A stretch of DNA of 64,000 nucleotides from Desulfamplus sp. (GCA_015231705.1 JADGBC010000001.1:4383-68382), one strand, 5' to 3'; shown: positions 19,306 to 30,193, numbered from the stretch's first letter. Program-made: numbers and translations. The notes: generated from the letters alone by a model not told the origin.

Positions 19306-21810
19306 ATGTTCAAAAAAACATTCATCATATTTTTACTGTTTTATTTGTCAGGTGCTATTAGTGAAAGTGTTATTAATAAATTGCCCGCACACGATATGCC
19401 CTATCTGTTTGATGCTTTTTGTGTCACACCTTGCAATGCACAGGAGAGAGTCCAGCAGCAAGCAAATGAGAATGAAGAGCCTCAAAATTCGGATGATGAA
19501 TGTATAAACATAGATTCATTAAATTTAAAAGGAAACAGCACCTTTTCAAATGTAAGACTGAAAATGAGGATGAAGAGCTGGCACTCATCGTTACTCCCAG
19601 GCAACTTTAACTGCTATAACGAGGCGTGGCTCAAAAAAGATATACTATCTCTAATTGAATTCTACAGAACAAAAGGATTTCCTGATGTTGAAATTGATTA
19701 TTTTTTAAACCAAAGCGTTGCAGGAAAATATATAATTGAAATCAGCATTAGTGAGGGTTTGAAATATGAAGTTGTTTTTAACGGCAACAGTTATTTTTCT
19801 GACAGAGAGCTTGAAAATAAAATCGATCTGGTTAAAAAGGGAAATCCAAATGACTCAGCCTTGAACCGAGCAAGGGTGGATATAAAAAACAGTTATATAG
19901 AGGCAGGATTTCAGGATGTCACTGTCGAGTTACATAAAGATATGAGAGCAAAAAACAGGTCTGACAAAACAAGCGACAATGAAAACAATAAGAAAAATGC
20001 AAAATCAGGGCAACCTCCTTATAACGAACAAAACCTGACTGATGCTCAAATCTGGCATATCGAGTTTACCATCAATGAAGGGACAAGGATGATTGTCAAC
20101 CATCTTGAAATTGAGGGTAACAAGAGAGTTCCGCAAGATGAAATCATGGCCGCTGTACTCACAAGGCAAAAGGGTACTCTCGAAAAGGGGGGATATAACT
20201 CAAAAGTATTAGATAAAGATATAAATGCCATAGAGCTTCTATACCTTAGCAAAGGCTTCTTGAATGCCGTTGTTTCAAAAAATATCTCTATAAAGGATAC
20301 TGCTTCTGCCAGAATGGTTGATATTACAATAATTATCAATGAAGGAGTTCAAACTCTTGTAAGAAGCACCAAAATCAAAGGGATTGAGGGGATACTTACT
20401 CCAGAAAAGGCCATGCCAAAGCTATCTCTTGGACAAGGAGAGCCATTTCGCGAGTACATGGTAAAAAGTGATGAAAACGCTATCGGAATGATGATCTCTG
20501 AACTTGGTTATCCTCATGTTAAAGTTCACAGCACTGTGGCTCTCAACAGTGACAGGTCAAAAGCGGATATTTTGTGGGAAGTTAACAAGGGCAAGTTTAC
20601 AAGATTTGGGGATATTCACTACTCAGGCAACACACGCCTTAAAAAGAGTGCTATTGAGCAAAGGATGAATATAACGCCCGGCACCCCGTTCTCTCTAAAA
20701 AAGGTATTTGCTACAGAAAAAAACATACGAGAGAGTCCTGCCGTAAAATATGTCCAGGTCAAGGCTCCTGGACTTGCCAGAATGGAAGAATATCCTGATA
20801 TAGAAGTGGTAATCGAAGAGAACAAACCATATTTTGTGGAAGCAGCAACAGGGTATGACAGTGAAAAGAATTTCTATCTTGATTCAAAGGTTGGGGACAA
20901 TAATTTTCTCGGACGGGAAATTGACGCATGGGTGGCAGCCAATGTAAGCGGTATTGGCTACAGAGCAGAGAGCGGTTTGAAAAAACCTTTTTTTCTTGGA
21001 ACCAATATTGATGCAACCGCAAATATCTATATTGAGGATAAAGAGGAGTTGAACAAAAATTTCGGAACCAAGGCCTGGGGCTATGAAAGTGGATTCTCAA
21101 GACAGCTCTTTATCAAAAACATAATTGCTGGCTTGAATCTGAAATATGAGAACAGAACCACTTATGGAGATATAGAAGATATTGACATTAACACTGATGA
21201 GCTGGAACCAAGAAATATACTTATAACCTCTTTTGTTATAGGTTATGATGCACGAGATTCTTCTGTCAGGCCATCCAAGGGAGTGCTTGCAAGTGCTTCT
21301 GTTGATGTTTATACAGGATTTGACAATGACCTTGACCGATTTTTAAAATATCAGCTTGATTTAAGAAAATATACATCACCTTTGAGCAAAGTTACCTTTG
21401 CCCTTCGTACCCGCATGGGATATATTCAGCCATTAGGATCAGAAGATATTGTGGCACAAGATCAGCTATTTTTCCTTGGAGGCACACCAAATGTAAGAGG
21501 ATTCAAGGAGAATATGCTGGAATATGATCTCAATGACAAGCCTGCAGGAGGGCATACATCAATAAATTCAAGCCTTGAAGCAAGAATCGACCTTCCGGCT
21601 GATTTTGAGTTGAACTGTTTTGTTGATACCGGTAAAATTGACGACCTGGCTAACCAGATAGAATCAAGAGGATTTCGCTCTTCTGTAGGGGCAGGGTTGC
21701 GTTATGTTACCCCTATTGGTCCGGTAGGTGTGCTGTACGGCCATAAATTGGACACTGAGGATGGAGAGAGCCCCGGAAGAATTCATTTCAGCGTTGGCTA
21801 TACTTTTTAA
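19306..21810 (+). CDS. Omp85-family TamA/BamA outer membrane protein
   Basis: Multiple POTRA repeats (Y...GF), FFLGG..VRGF, GLRYVTPIGP, C-terminal GYTF; adjacent to tamB. Confidence 0.9.
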   Translation: MFKKTFIIFLLFYLSGAISESVINKLPAHDMPYLFDAFCVTPCNAQERVQQQANENEEPQNSDDECINIDSLNLKGNSTFSNVRLKMRMKSWHSSLLPGNFNCYNEAWLKKDILSLIEFYRTKGFPDVEIDYFLNQSVAGKYIIEISISEGLKYEVVFNGNSYFSDRELENKIDLVKKGNPNDSALNRARVDIKNSYIEAGFQDVTVELHKDMRAKNRSDKTSDNENNKKNAKSGQPPYNEQNLTDAQIWHIEFTINEGTRMIVNHLEIEGNKRVPQDEIMAAVLTRQKGTLEKGGYNSKVLDKDINAIELLYLSKGFLNAVVSKNISIKDTASARMVDITIIINEGVQTLVRSTKIKGIEGILTPEKAMPKLSLGQGEPFREYMVKSDENAIGMMISELGYPHVKVHSTVALNSDRSKADILWEVNKGKFTRFGDIHYSGNTRLKKSAIEQRMNITPGTPFSLKKVFATEKNIRESPAVKYVQVKAPGLARMEEYPDIEVVIEENKPYFVEAATGYDSEKNFYLDSKVGDNNFLGREIDAWVAANVSGIGYRAESGLKKPFFLGTNIDATANIYIEDKEELNKNFGTKAWGYESGFSRQLFIKNIIAGLNLKYENRTTYGDIEDIDINTDELEPRNILITSFVIGYDARDSSVRPSKGVLASASVDVYTGFDNDLDRFLKYQLDLRKYTSPLSKVTFALRTRMGYIQPLGSEDIVAQDQLFFLGGTPNVRGFKENMLEYDLNDKPAGGHTSINSSLEARIDLPADFELNCFVDTGKIDDLANQIESRGFRSSVGAGLRYVTPIGPVGVLYGHKLDTEDGESPGRIHFSVGYTF

Positions 21811-21840
21811 TTTACAATCAAAAATTAAGGAAGACTTATC

Positions 21841-22170
21841 ATGATCTGGAACATTGTCTTTTTGAGCGTTTCTGTGTTTATTGTGGCAAATATTTTGCCG
21901 GGTATTTATATCAGAAATTACTGGACAGCACTTGTAGTTGCTATTGTCTATTCAATTATCAGTTTTTTTATAGGATGGTTTCTTATCCTGTTAACACTGC
22001 CTTTTATGATTATCACCTTTGGTCTTTTCAAATTTGTCATAAATGCATTTCTTCTGTATATAACCGATAAACTCATTGAAGATTTCAAAATCAAGGATGG
22101 AATAACAACTTTTATAGCAGCTTTTTTGATCAGCATTGTAGATTCGCTTTTCAGATGGATTTTTTTCTAA
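21841..22170 (+). CDS. 4-TMS phage-holin-family membrane protein (DUF360/YvlD-like)
   Basis: LPGI, LTLPFMIITFGLFKFVINA signature. Confidence 0.85.
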   Translation: MIWNIVFLSVSVFIVANILPGIYIRNYWTALVVAIVYSIISFFIGWFLILLTLPFMIITFGLFKFVINAFLLYITDKLIEDFKIKDGITTFIAAFLISIVDSLFRWIFF

Positions 22171-22249
22171 ACAAAGCATAGTTTAAAAGACTTTCACATA
22201 AAAAATTTTACCCCAAACTTTATAATAGTATTTTATTTCAGGAGGAACC

Positions 22250-24037
22250 ATGTCGTTTAAGGACTACCAGAGTGTTTACGCAATGCTTTGCCAGACTGTC
22301 AACAAATATCCGAATCAGTCTGCTTACCGCTGGTTTGATGAGAATGTCAAATCCTATTCAGTCACGTGGAAACAATATCATGATCAGGTTAAAGATGTAG
22401 CAAAAAGCCTCATCGCTCTGGGGGTTGATCATGGTGACAAGGTCAATATTATCAGCTATACATGCTATAGGTGGGTACTTACAGATATGGCAATCATGAG
22501 TATTGGGGGAGCAACTGTTGGAATTTACCAGTCTAACCTTCCAAAGGATTGTGCGTATATAATAAACCACTCTGACGCAGTTGTTGTATTTGCTGAAGAT
22601 CAGGTTCAGTTGGCCAAGCTGATGGAGATTCGTGACGAAATTCCTGCTGTACGTAAGGTGATTCTGTTTAATGGAGAAACTCACGGTAATGATTGGGCTA
22701 TCTCATTTTCAGAATTCCTTAAACTTGGAAGAGAGATTTCAGACAGTGAACTCAACAAAAGGACAGCAGCACCACAACCGAATGATGTTGCCGGCATTAT
22801 TTACACATCAGGTACAACAGGAGTTCCAAAAGGTGCAGTTCTCACTCATGACAACATAACTTTTACCGCCCAATCCGTACTGCAGTCTGCTCCATTAAAT
22901 GACAGGGAGGAGATGTTCATGTTTCTTCCATTAGCCCATGTTTTTGCAAGGTCATGCAGCTATGCTGCCATTTTAGTCGCCAACCGTACCACTTTTGCAA
23001 GAAGCATCAATACCCTTCTTGAAGATTTCAAGATGGCAGCACCGCACTGGTTTGTAAGTGTGCCAAGAATCTTTGAAAAAATTCATACGAAAGTGATAAG
23101 TGGTGTCGAGGCAAAAGGCGGAGTTACAGAAAAGATTTTCAACTGGGCATGCAGAGTTGGTACCGAAGTTAGTCGATGCAAAGTCTATAAGATTCCCATC
23201 CCTCTTTCAATCAGTATTAAGTATATTATTGCAAGAAAATTGGTCTTCGGCAAAATTCATGAAGCACTTGGTGGCAATGTAAAATGGTGCATAAGTGGTG
23301 CTGCCCCTTTAAACCCTGAAATAGCAAGATTCTTTCATGCGGCAGGCCTTCTTATTCTTGAAGGTATCGGTATGACAGAGAATACCTCCTTCAGCCATGC
23401 CAACCGTATTGACAATTATGATTTTGGGGTGGTTGGAACTCCTGGAGTTGGCATTCTGCATAAAATTGATGATGATGGAGAGGTGCTTATAAAGGGCAGA
23501 AATGTAATGAAGGAGTATTACAAGATGCCTGAAGCCACTTCGGCAACATTCACCAAAGATGGCTGGCTGAGAACCGGAGATTTAGGCTCAATTGATGAAA
23601 ACAATGTTCTTAAAATTACAGGGAGGAAAAAGGATCTTATTATCACATCCGGCGGTAAGAATATTGCTCCTTCAAGCATCGAAGGGCTGATGGCCACATC
23701 CAAATATATCAATCAGGTGTGCGTAATAGGCGACAGGTGTAATTATCTGAGTGCTATTGTAACTCTTGACGAACAAAATATCAAAGATTATGCGTCTGAC
23801 AATAAGATTGTATACTCTTCCTATGAAGAGCTGCTAAAACATGAAAAGGTAGTTAATCTTATCAATGAAGAGATTAAAAAGAAAAACAAAGAGCTTCCCT
23901 CCTTTGAGACAATAAAGAAAATAACTATTGTTCCTGAGTTCACCATAGAAAATAAGATGATGACCCCCACCTTTAAAATCAAGAAGAATGTAATCATTGA
24001 TAATTATAAAGGAGATATAGAAAGGATGTACAGTTAG
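22250..24037 (+). CDS. Long-chain fatty acid-CoA ligase (AMP-binding)
   Basis: YTSGTTGVPKG, LPLAH, GWLRTGDLG, GRKKDLIITSGGKNIAP. Confidence 0.92.
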   Translation: MSFKDYQSVYAMLCQTVNKYPNQSAYRWFDENVKSYSVTWKQYHDQVKDVAKSLIALGVDHGDKVNIISYTCYRWVLTDMAIMSIGGATVGIYQSNLPKDCAYIINHSDAVVVFAEDQVQLAKLMEIRDEIPAVRKVILFNGETHGNDWAISFSEFLKLGREISDSELNKRTAAPQPNDVAGIIYTSGTTGVPKGAVLTHDNITFTAQSVLQSAPLNDREEMFMFLPLAHVFARSCSYAAILVANRTTFARSINTLLEDFKMAAPHWFVSVPRIFEKIHTKVISGVEAKGGVTEKIFNWACRVGTEVSRCKVYKIPIPLSISIKYIIARKLVFGKIHEALGGNVKWCISGAAPLNPEIARFFHAAGLLILEGIGMTENTSFSHANRIDNYDFGVVGTPGVGILHKIDDDGEVLIKGRNVMKEYYKMPEATSATFTKDGWLRTGDLGSIDENNVLKITGRKKDLIITSGGKNIAPSSIEGLMATSKYINQVCVIGDRCNYLSAIVTLDEQNIKDYASDNKIVYSSYEELLKHEKVVNLINEEIKKKNKELPSFETIKKITIVPEFTIENKMMTPTFKIKKNVIIDNYKGDIERMYS

Positions 24038-24075
24038 TTTTTTTAGAGTACAAACTAAGAAAATTATAGAGTAAA

Positions 24076-24110
24076 TTTTAGAGCCTGGGTATTTTACCGG
24101 GCTCTAAAAA
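24076..24110. terminator. Bidirectional intrinsic terminator
   Basis: TTTTAGAGCCTGG / CCGGGCTCTAAAA stem between convergent genes. Confidence 0.7.
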
Positions 24111-24129
24111 GCTTTTTCAAGTTGGACTT

Positions 24130-24618
24130 TTACAAGGTAGTTTCTGAATTCCTGTTCAGGAGAGGTAGTTGACCTGGCTTATTGTTGACTATTGAACCTC
24201 TGTTTTTATTTATAAGATCCTGAATGGAGATGGCATCCAGACGATCAAACATGGCTTTGCTGGCCTCTATCCACACCCATCTGGAAAGACAATCTCCCGC
24301 CCTATTACATATTCCACAAAGTTTTTCATCCTTCTCTGCACAATCGGTTATAACGGCGTGACCCTCAAGGCTTCGTACAATATCTCCTATACGAATATCA
24401 TCTGGTTTTTTTGCCAGCATGTACCCTCCAGATGGACCTCGCTGACTGTTTATAAATCCATCCTTTTTAAGCGTTGTGATGAGCTTTTCCAGATATTTCA
24501 AAGATATATTCTGGCGTTTGGCAACGTCGTTCAGCGGCACCAGATTCTCTTTGCCATATACAGCCAGATCAAGTATGAGCCGTGTACCGTATCTGCTCTT
24601 TGTTGTAAGACGCATCAT
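24130..24618 (-). CDS. Rrf2-family transcriptional regulator (IscR-like, 3 Cys)
   Basis: MRLTTKSRYG, SQRGPSGGY, three Cys in DC...CGIC..GDC; last gene of the hmc cluster. Confidence 0.92.
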   Translation of the reverse strand: MMRLTTKSRYGTRLILDLAVYGKENLVPLNDVAKRQNISLKYLEKLITTLKKDGFINSQRGPSGGYMLAKKPDDIRIGDIVRSLEGHAVITDCAEKDEKLCGICNRAGDCLSRWVWIEASKAMFDRLDAISIQDLINKNRGSIVNNKPGQLPLLNRNSETTL

Positions 24619-24665
24619 ATAATCCGTATATTTTTGTCAACTCGTCTATTTTGAGATGTCACGGT

Positions 24666-26177
24666 TTAATCCAGAGGAGGAGCTTCTAAGGACTTGCCAA
24701 AAGGGGCTATGGACTCTTCCGGTTTTTTTCTTGGAAGAGATACCTTAAAACATGTTCCCTGACCGGGTATTGATTCAACTGTAATTTCCCCTCCATGCTG
24801 TTTAATAACATGATTTGCAATAAAAAGCCCCAATCCAGTACCCTGTGAACCCTTGGATGTAAAAAAAAGAGTGAACATCTTTTCACGGGTCTCCTGATCC
24901 ATGCCCATGCCATTATCTTTTATAGATAGAGAGATCTTATTTTCTTCATCTTCCCACAACCTGAATTCAACTATGTGTTTTTTACCATTTCCCTTATCAT
25001 AAAGGCATGCTTCCACAGCATTTTCTGAAAGGTTTACTAATGCTGCCTGTAACCAGTTTGAATCAATATCCATATATCCAAGGGATTCAGGAATATCAGC
25101 TGCTATTTCAATATTATTTTTTCGGGCAAGACTTGTAATGGTTGAAACAACAGTTCGGACAAGTTGTACAACATCAACAGTCTCATATTGTAACTTTCTT
25201 GATTTTGCATAATAAAGAATTTCAAGTACCATCTTTTTTATACGGTCAGCCATCTGCTTGATAAGATCAAATGCCTTCTCAATCCGTTCAGGGTCATTTT
25301 TCTTAAGTCCTGATGACATCTGATAGATGCCACCATCCAGAGCTGTGAGCATCCCCTTTACCCCATGAGACATGGAACCAAGCATCAACCCAAGTGAAGA
25401 GAGATGTCCCTGAAGCTGACGTATCTGGGTAATGTCAGTAGATATCTCCATTACCTGGTTGATATCTCCATCATCATCAACAATAGGTGCGGTCTGAGTC
25501 AGTACATGGTATTGCTGGCCGGAGAGGGCTGTTACTACCTCTTCTGTTGAGTGGGATTTGCCATCGCAAAATGTTTTGGCAACAGGGCATATGGGGCATG
25601 GAGAGGATCTATGTTTATAAATCTCATAACAGTGTTCCCCAATTTGATTACCAAAATCCTTCTGAAACAGGGTATTTCCACCTATGAGACGCAGATCTCT
25701 ATTTTGAATTGAAATATAACATGGAACTTCATTGAAAAGCTGTTGATATAAAGTTCTGTCGTGCTCAAGATCGGCTAACCGCTCGGAATAGACCGCAATT
25801 CTCTGTTCATTGGCAATGCATTTTCTGGCATGAACTATAGCAAGATTCAATGCTTTGCTGCTAACCGGAATTTCCAGAAAATTGATGGCATTTGTTCCAA
25901 ATTCATCCATAGCCTGATCAAGATTTTTTTTTGTACACAGTACAATGACCTGGAGTAAAGGTTTGCCGTTCTTGATTTTTTTTATATAAGGCCAGATGCT
26001 CTGGCCACTCAAAAACGGATTGACAAGAAGAATATCAAACTCTTTTGTCCTGATTCTTGACTGCATCTCTTCGATCGTTGTCCCGATGAAAACCGTTATT
26101 CCGCTGCGTTCAAGATAGAGTTTCAACGCTTTTGCATGACTTTCACACTCTTCTATCAATAAAATATTTTCAGCCAC
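24666..26177 (-). CDS. Receiver-like + PAS histidine kinase
   Basis: H-box SHGVKG, N-box ENAVEA, DNGMGM, GTGLGL; N-terminal receiver-like domain. Confidence 0.88.
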   Translation of the reverse strand: MAENILLIEECESHAKALKLYLERSGITVFIGTTIEEMQSRIRTKEFDILLVNPFLSGQSIWPYIKKIKNGKPLLQVIVLCTKKNLDQAMDEFGTNAINFLEIPVSSKALNLAIVHARKCIANEQRIAVYSERLADLEHDRTLYQQLFNEVPCYISIQNRDLRLIGGNTLFQKDFGNQIGEHCYEIYKHRSSPCPICPVAKTFCDGKSHSTEEVVTALSGQQYHVLTQTAPIVDDDGDINQVMEISTDITQIRQLQGHLSSLGLMLGSMSHGVKGMLTALDGGIYQMSSGLKKNDPERIEKAFDLIKQMADRIKKMVLEILYYAKSRKLQYETVDVVQLVRTVVSTITSLARKNNIEIAADIPESLGYMDIDSNWLQAALVNLSENAVEACLYDKGNGKKHIVEFRLWEDEENKISLSIKDNGMGMDQETREKMFTLFFTSKGSQGTGLGLFIANHVIKQHGGEITVESIPGQGTCFKVSLPRKKPEESIAPFGKSLEAPPLD

Positions 26178-26215
26178 GTTAGCTCCCGATTATCAACAGG
26201 GTTGAATTTTCTGTA

Positions 26216-26238
26216 AGGGCGTAGCCTGGCTACGCCCT
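26216..26238. repeat. Perfect GC-rich palindrome (REP-like) inside operon
   Basis: AGGGCGTAGCC-T-GGCTACGCCCT. Confidence 0.6.
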
Positions 26239-26279
26239 GCTAACACGAGAAAAATACAAAAAGAAAGTCTAAACTCGTG

Positions 26280-26630
26280 TCAAATTATATTTTCTTTAAT
26301 AATACTAAGAAGCTCCTCTCTATCAAAAGGTTTGCTTAAGGTTGCCACAGCTTTGCTGATAGCATAGTCATTACCGGACAATCCGCTGATAACAATAACC
26401 GGAGTATTTTTGAGTTCATCATCCTGGGCAAGCTGTCTGTAAAACCTGGGGCCCCACTCTCCGGGCATTTCAAGGTCAAGTGTAATCAGATCCGGTTTAT
26501 TCTCTTTTGCAACCTTCAAACCATCACGGACATCAGTTGCTGTGCAGGTGGCATAACCATTATCTTCAAGAAGAGAGACAAGATAATCTCTTATATTTGG
26601 GTCATCATCAACGATAAGTATTTTTTTCAT
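26280..26630 (-). CDS. Single-domain response regulator
   Basis: ILIVDDD, PDLITLDLEMP, SKPF. Confidence 0.92.
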   Translation of the reverse strand: MKKILIVDDDPNIRDYLVSLLEDNGYATCTATDVRDGLKVAKENKPDLITLDLEMPGEWGPRFYRQLAQDDELKNTPVIVISGLSGNDYAISKAVATLSKPFDREELLSIIKENII

Positions 26631-26654
26631 ATTAAACCTCTTTTTAAGCTAATG

Positions 26655-27554
26655 TCATCTATTAACACTTATTACAGGACATCCTGCCCGCATAATGACC
26701 TGCTCCATATTACTGCCAATTTTAGACCCATCAATATCCAGTTTCCTGGAGTTATGAGCCATTACAATCAGATCAGCATGTTTTTCTCTGGAGTATTTCA
26801 CGATCTCAACATAGGGTATACCTTCCCATACATCCATTGAATAATTTTTTCGATCCTTCATCCTGGAGACATATTTAAAACGTATCTTCCGGTATGCCTC
26901 ACGGATTTTCTGTTCAATCTCGTCTTGTGACATGCTCATTCCCATGTGGGTGGAGCTAATATCAAGAGCATGAAACAGATGAAGCTCACAATTGAGTGAC
27001 ATGGCAATTTTCAAAGCAAAGTCAAAGGCCTTGTCCGATGCTTTGGAAAAATCTGTTCCAAATACAATGTTGGATAAGCCACCCCAAAAAGATGCGGCAG
27101 ACCTGTTGACCACAAGTATCGGGCACGGTGCTGCCTTGGCAACCCTCTGAAGAGTTGAGCCAGTGCTTGATTTATAAACAGAATCCTCATCTGATCCGGT
27201 AGTACCACCAAGTATAATGAGATCAGGTTCAATCTCTCTTGCCTGCCTTAATATCTCTCTGTGTGGAAAGCCAACAGATGCCTTTATGGAGCAATCAACC
27301 ACACCATCTGCCAACTGATTTGAGTAATAATTTTTAACCTCTTCTTCCACCCAGGATATATATTCATCATCAACGGAAACTTCCTTCTTGGTTTTCACGT
27401 CAAAGACAACCTGACTGAACCCCCGAGTGGGAACCCCGAGCACATGGAACAGGTTTAGATGGGCTTTAAGTGTCCCTGCCATGTTAAAAGCCACTCGTGC
27501 TGCATGATCACTTGCTTCAGTTGCGGAAGTGGCAAACAGAATTTTTTTAAACAT
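26655..27554 (-). CDS. Universal stress protein (tandem USP domains)
   Basis: KKILFAT, two DLI(I/V) and ..CP(I/V) USP motifs; GGAGG RBS. Confidence 0.9.
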   Translation of the reverse strand: MFKKILFATSATEASDHAARVAFNMAGTLKAHLNLFHVLGVPTRGFSQVVFDVKTKKEVSVDDEYISWVEEEVKNYYSNQLADGVVDCSIKASVGFPHREILRQAREIEPDLIILGGTTGSDEDSVYKSSTGSTLQRVAKAAPCPILVVNRSAASFWGGLSNIVFGTDFSKASDKAFDFALKIAMSLNCELHLFHALDISSTHMGMSMSQDEIEQKIREAYRKIRFKYVSRMKDRKNYSMDVWEGIPYVEIVKYSREKHADLIVMAHNSRKLDIDGSKIGSNMEQVIMRAGCPVISVNR

Positions 27555-27668
27555 ATTCAACCTCCTTTAAGGATGGCATCAGAACCCGAGAAGATCATTT
27601 CTCAGGTTTCATGTGGTCAGTAACTGACTCAGTAGAAAATATGTGTTCAATACCCTGATCTGGGAAGA

Positions 27669-29057
27669 TCACTCTTCAGGCTTCATGTGGTCAGGGATTT
27701 CAAGCATACTTATGACAAGTGGTTTCAGGAATGACCATTTAATACCTATTTCAAACTCCTCCTCCAGATCTCTTATGGCATCCCAGCAGTTGTGGCAGGG
27801 GGCAATTACCAATTTTGCACCAGTTGCAAGGATCTGATCTCTCTTGGTTATAAGACCCTTATTTCTTTGGGGTCTGAAGAGACCAATACCATTAAAACCA
27901 CCGCCACCACCGCAACAGTAGTTGTGCTCTCGGTTGGGTGACATCTCCCTGTAGTATCCTGGTTCTACAATATAACTTAAAATTTCCCTGGCAGTCTCCC
28001 TTAATCCATGGTTTCTGACATAATTACAAGAATCCTGAAGAGTCACTGGTACTTTAATTCTTCTTTCCGGATCTATTTTAAGTTTTCCCTCTCTCAATGC
28101 TTCTGCCAGCCACTCTATATAGTGAATAGATTCAGCAGGAGGCTTTCCATCTTTTCTGCCCGCCCAGTAAGGCCCTTCAACCACTGTTGCCCGATGGGCA
28201 TGACCGCACTCGGTCCCAACCATCCGTTTGGGTTTAAGCCTCTCCATGGCCGCATAAACGTTCTCCACCTGCATCTTGCAGGCAGCCCAGTCTCCTGCAA
28301 ACATTGCAAGACTTGTCTGTTCCCACCCTTTACTGGGAACCGTCCAGTTCTCGCCGGCAGCATGGAAAAGAATGGCAGCTTCTGCAAGATCTTCCGGATA
28401 GTGTTTCACCTCCCTTGCATTGACTGTGTACATGATATCCGCATTTTCAACGTCAACCGGTACGGCAAGCCCTGGATACTCCTCTTCATACTCCTCAACC
28501 ATCCATTGGAATGTCTCTACAAACTCCTCTTCAGAAACATCCATCTGAGCACGATATACCCTGTGCATACCAGCTCCGATTTTAAGCTCCCATGGTACAA
28601 AACCCTGCTGGTACAAAAGCCCTCTGAGATATCCGAACATGATTCCCATATCGATTCCGTGTGGGCAGTACATACCACAACGATTGCAACATGTGCATTT
28701 GGCCCAAGCTGTCTCCATGGCCATGTGCATGAACTTGTTATCAACATTACCTTTTCTTTTGATGATCTCTCCAAGGGTTGACTGAATTTTATACGCAGGC
28801 ACCTGTTTTGGATCTCTGTCATTAACAAGATACAAAAAACAACTGTCTGCACACATACCGCAATGGGCACATATTTCAAGCCAGGTTCGGATACGCGATT
28901 TACAGGTATTCTGGATTGTAGTCCATAATAATTTGGAGTCAACATCCAGTGATTTCATCTCTTTATAGTATTGTGCCCCACTGGTGTCTCCGAGCAGTGC
29001 AGTCAGTGCCTCTTCAGTTTCAATGGGCTTTTTATTGCAAAATATACCTTCTGGCAT
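27669..29057 (-). CDS. hmcF: Hmc complex cytoplasmic Fe-S/CCG protein HmcF
   Basis: [39 protein letters not shown]; starts MPEG after AAGGAG. Confidence 0.9.
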   Translation of the reverse strand: MPEGIFCNKKPIETEEALTALLGDTSGAQYYKEMKSLDVDSKLLWTTIQNTCKSRIRTWLEICAHCGMCADSCFLYLVNDRDPKQVPAYKIQSTLGEIIKRKGNVDNKFMHMAMETAWAKCTCCNRCGMYCPHGIDMGIMFGYLRGLLYQQGFVPWELKIGAGMHRVYRAQMDVSEEEFVETFQWMVEEYEEEYPGLAVPVDVENADIMYTVNAREVKHYPEDLAEAAILFHAAGENWTVPSKGWEQTSLAMFAGDWAACKMQVENVYAAMERLKPKRMVGTECGHAHRATVVEGPYWAGRKDGKPPAESIHYIEWLAEALREGKLKIDPERRIKVPVTLQDSCNYVRNHGLRETAREILSYIVEPGYYREMSPNREHNYCCGGGGGFNGIGLFRPQRNKGLITKRDQILATGAKLVIAPCHNCWDAIRDLEEEFEIGIKWSFLKPLVISMLEIPDHMKPEE

Positions 29058-29238
29058 GGATTCAATTCTCCTTAAAAACAGGTCTGAAGTGGCCACTAAT
29101 ATTAAGTTTTCTTTGGTTTATCTTTAACATACTCAGTCAATATTTGCTCTTCATTGCCATTGGATATTGAGCATATTTTGATACCAGAAGAACATTAACT
29201 CTTTATAAATGACCCAGTTACCTATACGGGACCTGGTG

Positions 29239-29916
29239 CTACCAGGCCATTTTTGTCCCCTTTAAACCACCTCGTTTAATTCCATAATCCATACCCAACT
29301 GGGCACGGGAGGCAAAAAACAGAAATACATGTGATAATTTTGTGAATGGAATTGCAAAAAGCAATATCTCTCCGCTGATAATGTGGGCAAGAAGCCAAAA
29401 CGAGTAGTCACCAACCTGATATCTCGCCATCAGGCCTGTAACAAAGGGGGCTACTGAAATAAGTATGATAAGATAGTCATACCAGTTGGTCATTATACGC
29501 ACTTCAGGCAGAGCGATCCTTCTCAATATGATAAGAATAGTGCTTACAACAACAAGCCAAGTTAAAAAATCTGCAACACCACCATTAATTGAAAAAAAGC
29601 TAAATCCCAGCTTCTCTTTAAGAAACAGATTGTGTGCCAGAAGAAAGAGCGGCACAAACACTGCTCCCAAATGAAAAGAGAAGAAAATGACAGTCATAAA
29701 AGGCTGTTTTCTCCAGCCATGGGTGCCAAATGGCAGAATCCATTTGTAGATTGAGCGTATTGCGCCTTTAAAGCCTTCAACCGGATAGGCTTTGTAAGCC
29801 ACACGGTCGAGATTCCACTGAAGTCCTCTGAAATACAAGATTGTACGGACAATCACGCCTGTCAGACAAACCCCGAGAGCCAGCCAGAACATGAAACCGG
29901 TTATAAATTCGTACAT
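29239..29916 (-). CDS. hmcE: Hmc complex cytochrome b subunit HmcE (NarI-like)
   Basis: TM helices with conserved His (FH, AH, AH, SH), PFTKLSH; position in operon. Confidence 0.88.
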   Translation of the reverse strand: MYEFITGFMFWLALGVCLTGVIVRTILYFRGLQWNLDRVAYKAYPVEGFKGAIRSIYKWILPFGTHGWRKQPFMTVIFFSFHLGAVFVPLFLLAHNLFLKEKLGFSFFSINGGVADFLTWLVVVSTILIILRRIALPEVRIMTNWYDYLIILISVAPFVTGLMARYQVGDYSFWLLAHIISGEILLFAIPFTKLSHVFLFFASRAQLGMDYGIKRGGLKGTKMAW

Positions 29917-30046
29917 CTATGCCTCCCTATATGCTTTATATCTTTAACTTTTTATTAACTTTTTGCCCAAAAACTCTCTTTTTAAAATGCTTTTTTTAAA
30001 CATGATATTCAAAAGAGGTTAGTTGACAATAGCCACAAAAGATACC

Positions 30047-30193
30047 TTAAAATGTTTTGTTCTTTTCGTCTCTTCCTGTCAGAAAGAGCCAGAAAAGGGG
30101 TAGTGCAACCAGAAGTCCACCCATAATCAGATAGGTAATACCTTTTGTATGCACCATAAAATCTTGAAGTGTATAAAAAACTTGTTCCATCAT
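30047..30193 (-). CDS. hmcD: Hmc complex small membrane subunit HmcD (48 aa, not in ORF track)
   Basis: MMEQVFYTLQDFMVHTKGITYLIMGGLLVALPLFWLFLTGRDEKNKTF; GGAGG RBS; single TM; lies between hmcC and hmcE. Confidence 0.8.
   Translation of the reverse strand: MMEQVFYTLQDFMVHTKGITYLIMGGLLVALPLFWLFLTGRDEKNKTF

Noticed and set aside
21841-22170. Prophage inferred from a holin-family gene
   Set aside because: This 4-TMS family is commonly chromosomal; no integrase, lysin or structural genes nearby
28008-28781. 257-aa antisense ORF and many other shadow ORFs in the track (e.g. 1409-1984, 48816-49376)
   Set aside because: They lie opposite well-supported genes and have no motifs or RBS
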